DNA from: an uncultured Bacillus sp.
GTDB taxonomy: Bacteria; Bacillota; Bacilli; ZCTH02-B2
Length of the DNA stretch: 64,000 nt
Assembly: GCA_947085265.1 (NCBI GenBank)
Contig: CAMTVR010000012.1
Span: forward strand, 178,180-242,179
Direction: 5' to 3'
Below the pieces are notes generated by a model. The model searched no databases. It saw only the letters and a program-made list of their open reading frames with translations, and was not told the DNA's origin. Shown in pieces: positions 58,729-64,000 of the stretch. A program made the position numbers and the translations under genes. Numbering within the stretch: the stretch's first letter is position 1; each line of letters begins with the position of its first letter.

Positions 58729-60205
58729 CGAGAAACGTTTCGAACAATTTGCGGAATGCGGTTCCGCTTAATACTTCCTCGTCCAAGAGAATCTTCAGCG
58801 CCTGCTCAAAGAGCGGGCGATGTTCCCTTAACAGGTTTACGGTTTGCTCAAAGAGCTGGTTGAGAATTTCGTTGCATTCTTTGTACAGCATCTCTTTGGG
58901 CAGCAGGTTGACATCCACGATTCCGAGTGAGCTTAAGCCCGTCTCCACCATCGTCTTGACGATGCGAATGGCTTGCTCATAGTCATTTTTCGCCCCGGTG
59001 CTGCGGTTTCCGTACATCAGATGTTCCGCGGCGGCGCCGGCCAAGCAAATCATGATTTGCTGCTCCAGGTATGGGCGTGTGTAGAGATAGCGATCTTCCC
59101 CGGGGGACTGGCGTACATATCCCAGCGCGCCGCCGCGCGGACTCAGCGCCACCTGCGACACGGATCCGGGCCGCAGGATTTCCGAGATAGCAGCATGTCC
59201 CAGTTCGTGTACCGCAACCCGTTTGCGTTCTTCCTGCGTGGACTCTTTGTCGGTCTGTTCACCCAACATGACTTTATCAATGGCTTGTGCCATGTGTTTG
59301 GGTTGGATCGTTTCTGAACGTTCCCGCATCGCGTAAATGGCCGCTTCGTTAATGAGACTCTCTAACTGGGCCCCTGAAAAGCCGAATGTTTCAGAAGCAA
59401 TTTTCTCCAAATCAATCTGATCAGACAAGGGTTTGTTGCGACTATGCAGTTTTAAGATTTGTAAACGGGCCTTTTTTTCAGGCAGATCCACCTCGATTTG
59501 CCGATCAAAGCGTCCAGGCCGCAACAAAGCTTCATCCAACATGTCTTTACGGTTCGTCGCGGCAATCAGCAAGATGCGCGGATGATCGGATGTGCCGATC
59601 CCGTCCATTTCCGTCAACAACTGATTCAATGTCTGGTCATATTCGCGAGACTGGACGCCATCTCTTTTACCTGCCAAGACATCGATTTCGTCGATAAAAA
59701 TGATGGCACTTTCTTTATTTTGCTTTGCCGCCTGGGAACGAGCCTCTTTGAACAGCTCGCGCACCCGCTGAGCGCCCACACCGACATACATTTCGACAAA
59801 TTCGCTCCCTGATGCGGCCAGGAAAACCGAGTCGGTGTAATTGGCCGCGGCTTTTGCCAGAAGGGTTTTTCCGGTTCCTGGCGGTCCGCTGAGCAGAATC
59901 CCTTTGATCGGACGAATGCCATATAACTCCACTTTATCGTGATGCTTGAGAAAATCCAGCGCTTCGATCATTTCTCGCTTGACTCGCTCATGACCGCCAA
60001 TATCATCAAAAGCGACTGCCGTATTCTTGACGAGGTATTTTCCCCTCTCTTTCAAGCCAAGATTGAGCTCTCCTCTGGCCTGTAAAAAAAAGATGACGGC
60101 CCCAATGAGGATTGCCAGCAAGACGAGCGGCATGACGTTGACCCCCATGGCGCCGAGAAAAATCAGGAGGGCGGGTATAATACCAAGTGCCAATTCTTTA
60201 ACCAC
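58712..60205 (-). CDS. short FtsH-family ATP-dependent zinc metalloprotease paralog (single N-terminal TM, AAA+ plus M41 peptidase, no large extracytoplasmic domain)
   Basis: Walker A GPPGTGKT, Walker B IIFIDEID, second region of homology, HEXXH (HELGHA); GTG start after GGAGG. Confidence 0.85.
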   Translation of the reverse strand: MVKELALGIIPALLIFLGAMGVNVMPLVLLAILIGAVIFFLQARGELNLGLKERGKYLVKNTAVAFDDIGGHERVKREMIEALDFLKHHDKVELYGIRPIKGILLSGPPGTGKTLLAKAAANYTDSVFLAASGSEFVEMYVGVGAQRVRELFKEARSQAAKQNKESAIIFIDEIDVLAGKRDGVQSREYDQTLNQLLTEMDGIGTSDHPRILLIAATNRKDMLDEALLRPGRFDRQIEVDLPEKKARLQILKLHSRNKPLSDQIDLEKIASETFGFSGAQLESLINEAAIYAMRERSETIQPKHMAQAIDKVMLGEQTDKESTQEERKRVAVHELGHAAISEILRPGSVSQVALSPRGGALGYVRQSPGEDRYLYTRPYLEQQIMICLAGAAAEHLMYGNRSTGAKNDYEQAIRIVKTMVETGLSSLGIVDVNLLPKEMLYKECNEILNQLFEQTVNLLREHRPLFEQALKILLDEEVLSGTAFRKLFETFLADQAV

Positions 60206-60725
60206 GTATATCCTCCTCTCCCGCTCTGCGTGGATATACTTTGTACAGCTGATATTCCCCTTTATGAAATTGAAAATAGACGTATTCTGAATTGATATCT
60301 ACGATCGCCTGATCCAGCTGTAGCTGTTCTTTCATCGATTCAGCAATCTCGGGCAACTTCCGGTATTCGTGCCGACTCAGCGCTTCCTCGACCAGAAACT
60401 GTGTTGTATGCCATGCCTCCTGCATGGCCTGGCTTGGATGACTTCGGAACTGGATCGTCAATTGCCGATTTTCGGCCAACGGCGCGAGAATGGCCAAAGC
60501 TGTCTCATGAACCGTCTTCAGTTCGGCATCATCTGTCAGTGATATTTCGACACGCACCCGCTCGCGCGAAGGTTCAATGCGGACTTCGCGTACTCCCGCG
60601 ATCGCCGTGAGTTTTGTTTCGACTGGCTTTTCAACAAACCAGTTCATATAAATAAACCAAACCGCAAAGAGCAGCGCCAACGTCGAAACAAATGACGCAA
60701 GGACAAGGCTTAGCCGCAGTTTCAC
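60198..60725 (-). CDS. hypothetical membrane-anchored protein (N-terminal TM helix), translationally coupled to the ftsH-like gene
   Basis: ORF overlaps the ftsH-like start by 8 nt; no recognisable domain. Confidence 0.45.
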   Translation of the reverse strand: MKLRLSLVLASFVSTLALLFAVWFIYMNWFVEKPVETKLTAIAGVREVRIEPSRERVRVEISLTDDAELKTVHETALAILAPLAENRQLTIQFRSHPSQAMQEAWHTTQFLVEEALSRHEYRKLPEIAESMKEQLQLDQAIVDINSEYVYFQFHKGEYQLYKVYPRRAGEEDIRG

Positions 60726-60829
60726 GCATCTTCCATTCCTTTGTCATTGTTTGTCCCGTTAACTTTGATTCTGGCAAGACTGGTATTAGTATACCATGTC
60801 CACAAAGGGAATGAAAGCGACAAAACCTG

Positions 60830-61306
60830 CTAACGAAGCCGCAGCTCGCGAATCACCCTTCCGTCTGTCATTTGCATATAGAGATACACATATCCTCGCG
60901 AGAGCCCCGTCTCTTTTAGCAAAACCACCCAGACGGGACGCTGTTTGAAAAGCCCTGGAGTCATGCGAACCAAGCGCGTCTGGGGATAAAGCTGCCGCGC
61001 TTTTTCCACCGCATTTTCCGATGAAATTAAGCCATTCGTAGGGATTTCGTATTTTTCCTCCTCGTTATACCAGATCCATTTCTCGATCCCCTGCGCGTCA
61101 ATTCCTTTGGCGATATGGTAATTCTTCTCGCTCGCAAAAAATGCCACTTCCGAAACGGTTTCCAACCACTGCTGCCGGGTGACATCCTGGATGATCTGAT
61201 CCTGTTTTTTGCGTACTTGATCGTACCCTGTGTAAAGAACCGTCAGGCTAATCCCGACCAATAAGCAAAGTGCGGCCGCAGACAGGATCAGGATTTTCTT
61301 GATCAT
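60830..61306 (-). CDS. YpmB/TseB-like PepSY-type membrane-anchored protein
   Basis: size about 158 aa, N-terminal TM, position near aspB as in B. subtilis ypmB-aspB. Confidence 0.45.
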   Translation of the reverse strand: MIKKILILSAAALCLLVGISLTVLYTGYDQVRKKQDQIIQDVTRQQWLETVSEVAFFASEKNYHIAKGIDAQGIEKWIWYNEEEKYEIPTNGLISSENAVEKARQLYPQTRLVRMTPGLFKQRPVWVVLLKETGLSRGYVYLYMQMTDGRVIRELRLR

Positions 61307-61433
61307 GCTTCCTTCTCACCTTTCGTCTTTCGGAAAAGAACAAAGAGAGCTGGTTTGATTTCATCATTCTGTTACTCATACGGCATCGAGAAACCCGCAT
61401 AATAAAACTGTACTCAGGAGTAGGAGGTGTCGA

Positions 61434-61604
61434 TTGAAAAACTCACGCCACACACCCCATTGTTCGGCAATGACCCACGCCACCAACCCTGAGACAAATC
61501 ACCCTGACGAAACAATCATCGAGGCGGACATGCATTCTGAGCTTCGGGCGTTGCGCTACCGTCAAAGCCTGTTTGCGTTGCTCAAGCAGTTGGGAGCTGA
61601 ATAG
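61434..61604 (+). CDS. candidate small protein (56 aa from TTG; 44 aa from the internal ATG at 61470)
   Basis: not in the ORF track (below its length cut-off); preceded by GGAGGTG and followed by a hairpin plus T-run. Confidence 0.3.
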   Translation: MKNSRHTPHCSAMTHATNPETNHPDETIIEADMHSELRALRYRQSLFALLKQLGAE

Positions 61605-61630
61605 AAACTTCCCCCTCTACCCTCTCCGGT

Positions 61631-61656
61631 GCCTGCCATGTGCAGGCCTGTTTTTG
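61631..61656 (+). terminator. rho-independent terminator (GCCTGC-CATGT-GCAGGC followed by CTGTTTTTG)
   Basis: perfect 6-bp GC stem plus T-run, 27 nt after the small ORF stop. Confidence 0.55.
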
Positions 61657-61677
61657 TGAATATGTTTTGCGAGATGT

Positions 61678-62976
61678 TCACCATCCCCGTACGATGTTCC
61701 CCACTTCATAAAGAATTCGCTCCTCATCTAAGGTAAGTATCTGCCGCTCCTTCATGAGTGGCTTTCCTTGAACATAAACATCGCTGACATCTTCTGCTCG
61801 TGCGCTGTACACCAAATGAGAGACGGGATCAAACAGTGGATGCATGTGCGGTTCTGATATCGTCATGACAATGAAATCAGCCTCTTTTCCCTCTTCCAAT
61901 GTCCCGATATGCTGTTCAAGTCCAAGACTTTTTGCTCCATCTCTCGTTGCCATGGCCAGGGCCATGTCGGCAGGGACCGCCAGCGGATCCAAGGTATTGC
62001 CTTTATGGATCAGACTGGCCAGCCTCATTTCCTCGAAGAGATCTAAATTGTTGTTGCTAGCCGCGCTATCAGTGCCCAGAGAGACGGTAATGCCCCGTTT
62101 GAACATTTCCGGAACGGGAGCAATTCCACTGGCGAGCTTAAGGTTGCTGCCCGGATTGTGCGAGACCGACACCTGATATTCGGCCAGAATGTCCAAGTCT
62201 TCCTCTGAAACATGCACAACATGCGCTGCCAGTGTCGGCCGCTCAAAAAAGCCCAGTTCAGACAACAGCATCACTGGGGACTTGCCGTACTCAGCCCAAC
62301 AATCCTGAACTTCTTTTTTGGTTTCCGACAGGTGGGTATGAATCGGCAGGGAAAGCTCACCCGATATCCCGATGATCTGTTCAATCACCGAAAGCGGACA
62401 GGTGTAAATGGCATGTGGGCTGACCATCGTCGTGATCCGTCCGCCCGCAGCGCCATGGAAATCTCTCGCAAATTGTTCCATCTCCTTGATTTTCCCTTTG
62501 ACCTCGTTCGGATCACCGTAGCCAATCACGCCTCGGGCCAGACTTGCCCGAATGCCAGATTCTTCGACGACACGCGCCACCTGATCCATGTGATCGTACA
62601 TGTCTGCAAAACAGGTGGTTCCGCTTTTGATCATTTCAAGAATCGACAAGGCACTGCCCCAATACACTTCCCGGTTGGTAAATTGAGCCTCTTTCGGCCA
62701 CATTTTTTTTTCCAGCCACTGTTGCAACGGGAGATCGTCGGCATACCCTCGAAGCAGGGACATGGCAGCATGGGTGTGGGTGTTGATGAGTCCCGGGAGG
62801 ATGATTTTGCCTCGCATGTCATGAACCTCGCCGAACAGCTCTTTTTCATCCATTGAATATGGACTTCCGACGTAGTGAATTTTCCCATTTTCAATGATCA
62901 ACCAGCCATTTTCAATTGTCTTGCCGGTGCCTGTCACGATGGTAGCGCCCGAAAAAAGCTGTTTCATTCCGCTCAT
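61678..62976 (-). CDS. mtaD: amidohydrolase-superfamily deaminase (5-methylthioadenosine/S-adenosylhomocysteine deaminase MtaD-like)
   Basis: metal-binding HTHTHAAMS (HxH), HTHLSE, GTDSAASNNNLD motifs. Confidence 0.75.
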   Translation of the reverse strand: MSGMKQLFSGATIVTGTGKTIENGWLIIENGKIHYVGSPYSMDEKELFGEVHDMRGKIILPGLINTHTHAAMSLLRGYADDLPLQQWLEKKMWPKEAQFTNREVYWGSALSILEMIKSGTTCFADMYDHMDQVARVVEESGIRASLARGVIGYGDPNEVKGKIKEMEQFARDFHGAAGGRITTMVSPHAIYTCPLSVIEQIIGISGELSLPIHTHLSETKKEVQDCWAEYGKSPVMLLSELGFFERPTLAAHVVHVSEEDLDILAEYQVSVSHNPGSNLKLASGIAPVPEMFKRGITVSLGTDSAASNNNLDLFEEMRLASLIHKGNTLDPLAVPADMALAMATRDGAKSLGLEQHIGTLEEGKEADFIVMTISEPHMHPLFDPVSHLVYSARAEDVSDVYVQGKPLMKERQILTLDEERILYEVGNIVRGW

Positions 62977-63029
62977 CCGTTTCTCTCAAAAGAAGTTACA
63001 TCCATTTAAACAGATGCTTGCGGCAGGCG

Positions 63030-63983
63030 TCAAGAATGGACCTTGAGCATTTCCAGGATCGGGTCAATGGATTGGGTTGCTTTCCTGGTCAAAGGTAGAA
63101 ATAGGTCTCCCTCTTTTTCCAACCGCGCATGGATATTTTGGAGGTGAAATTGTTCTGGCTTGATGCCAGATTCCAATTCCGACCATTTCAGCGGAACGGA
63201 AACGGGAGCGCCCGGCCTGGCCCGTGGCGAATAGGCGCAGATCAACGACTTCCCCCGCCACATCTGCAAGTAGTCAAAATACACCTTTCTCCCTCTTTTT
63301 TTGACCAATCGCTCCAAGGTAAACAGATGAGGATATTTGGACTGAAAATAGGCTGCAAAAAAGTGATTCACCTGTCTTGCCTGTTCATATGCGCAAGGTT
63401 TGACCGGTACAAAAAGTTGCAAACCGGTCGCGCCGGAAGTTTTCACGTAACTTTCAAGGGCCAGCGACTGAAGTTCATCTCGAATGATCAGGGCTGCCTC
63501 TGCCACTCGGGAAAAATCGCATTGATTCGGATCGAGATCGAAAACCAACGCATGAAGCAGTTCTTCATGATACGAGGAAAAAGAAACGTGAAATTCCAGA
63601 CATGCCTGGTTGGCCAACCAAATCAGGGTTTCGGGACGGTTGAGCAGGATATAAGTGGTATTTTTCCGTTTGACCCGTTCTATCCAATCAGGAGCATAAG
63701 AGGGAATATTTTTTTGGTAAAATGATTCTCTTTCAATCCCTTCGGGAAAGCGAATGGTGGTCAAAAGGCGATTGCTGGCATGGCGGATCAAAAATGGAGC
63801 TATTCTGGTCAGATGCAGAATGTAGTCCCATTTCGTCAAGCCGATATCCGGCCAGAGAACTTTGTCCGGGTGGGTAATCCGCATCACCCGTTCGTTGATC
63901 TCCACCCATTTGGAAGTTGCGTCCGTGATCATGTCGTGTTTCACCCGCTCTATAGGGATAAATACAGAAGAACGAAAACGCAC
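63030..63983 (-). CDS. NHEJ DNA polymerase/primase domain protein (LigD polymerase domain, stand-alone)
   Basis: LigD PolDom signature (RITHPDKVLWP...; FDLDP; KTSGATGLQLFVP); about 300 aa without ligase or nuclease domains; may start at an internal ATG (about 63932). Confidence 0.75.
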   Translation of the reverse strand: MRFRSSVFIPIERVKHDMITDATSKWVEINERVMRITHPDKVLWPDIGLTKWDYILHLTRIAPFLIRHASNRLLTTIRFPEGIERESFYQKNIPSYAPDWIERVKRKNTTYILLNRPETLIWLANQACLEFHVSFSSYHEELLHALVFDLDPNQCDFSRVAEAALIIRDELQSLALESYVKTSGATGLQLFVPVKPCAYEQARQVNHFFAAYFQSKYPHLFTLERLVKKRGRKVYFDYLQMWRGKSLICAYSPRARPGAPVSVPLKWSELESGIKPEQFHLQNIHARLEKEGDLFLPLTRKATQSIDPILEMLKVHS

Positions 63984-64000
63984 AAGATATGGCTAGGTGA

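Overview
This is a Bacillales-type chromosomal segment from a spore-forming Firmicute; spoVS, cotE and spoVK are present. Conserved housekeeping genes lie on both sides in Bacillus subtilis-like order. One flank (positions 1-27500) runs rodZ-pgsA-cinA-[DEAD-box helicase]-recA-recX-rny-ymdB-spoVS-dipeptidase-korAB-miaB-ricA(ymcA)-cotE-[unknown]-mutS-mutL-miaA-hfq-spoVK-ynbB, then lexA and an NDH-2-like oxidoreductase on the opposite strand. The other flank (49700-64000) runs tkt, a FabG plus split MaoC hot-dog pair, LMW-PTP, an orphan ABC ATPase, a DUF360 protein, a GalT-like protein, dnaD-aspB, a short FtsH paralog, a ypmB-like gene, an amidohydrolase and a LigD polymerase domain. Between lexA/ndh and tkt lies a roughly 22 kb block (about 27.5-49.7 kb) with GC-rich codon usage. 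AT-rich intergenic segments carrying the same ACATAA-N6-TTATGT palindrome bracket it on both sides. The block encodes three nucleotide-sugar routes: GDP-L-fucose (manC-fcl-gmd), a UDP-6-deoxy-L-HexNAc route (FnlC/FnlA-like fusion plus FnlB-like reductase), and a second NDP-sugar pair. It also encodes a CmoB/DUF1698-like methyltransferase and five glycosyltransferases, including a tandem duplicated GT2 pair and a ppGalNAc-T-like GT2. Next to the GT genes are a cysteine-rich three-module protein with Thr-Pro linkers and no signal peptide, a long coiled-coil repeat protein, a DUF1360 membrane protein and a 425-aa unknown. No Wzx, Wzy, Wzz or initiating phosphoglycosyltransferase is encoded. I therefore read the block as a candidate cytoplasmic protein O-glycosylation system, possibly for the spore surface, rather than a lipid-linked polysaccharide locus. 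I recognised no rRNA, tRNA, CRISPR array, integrase or transposase. Start codons were adjusted by eye from RBS context and are approximate.
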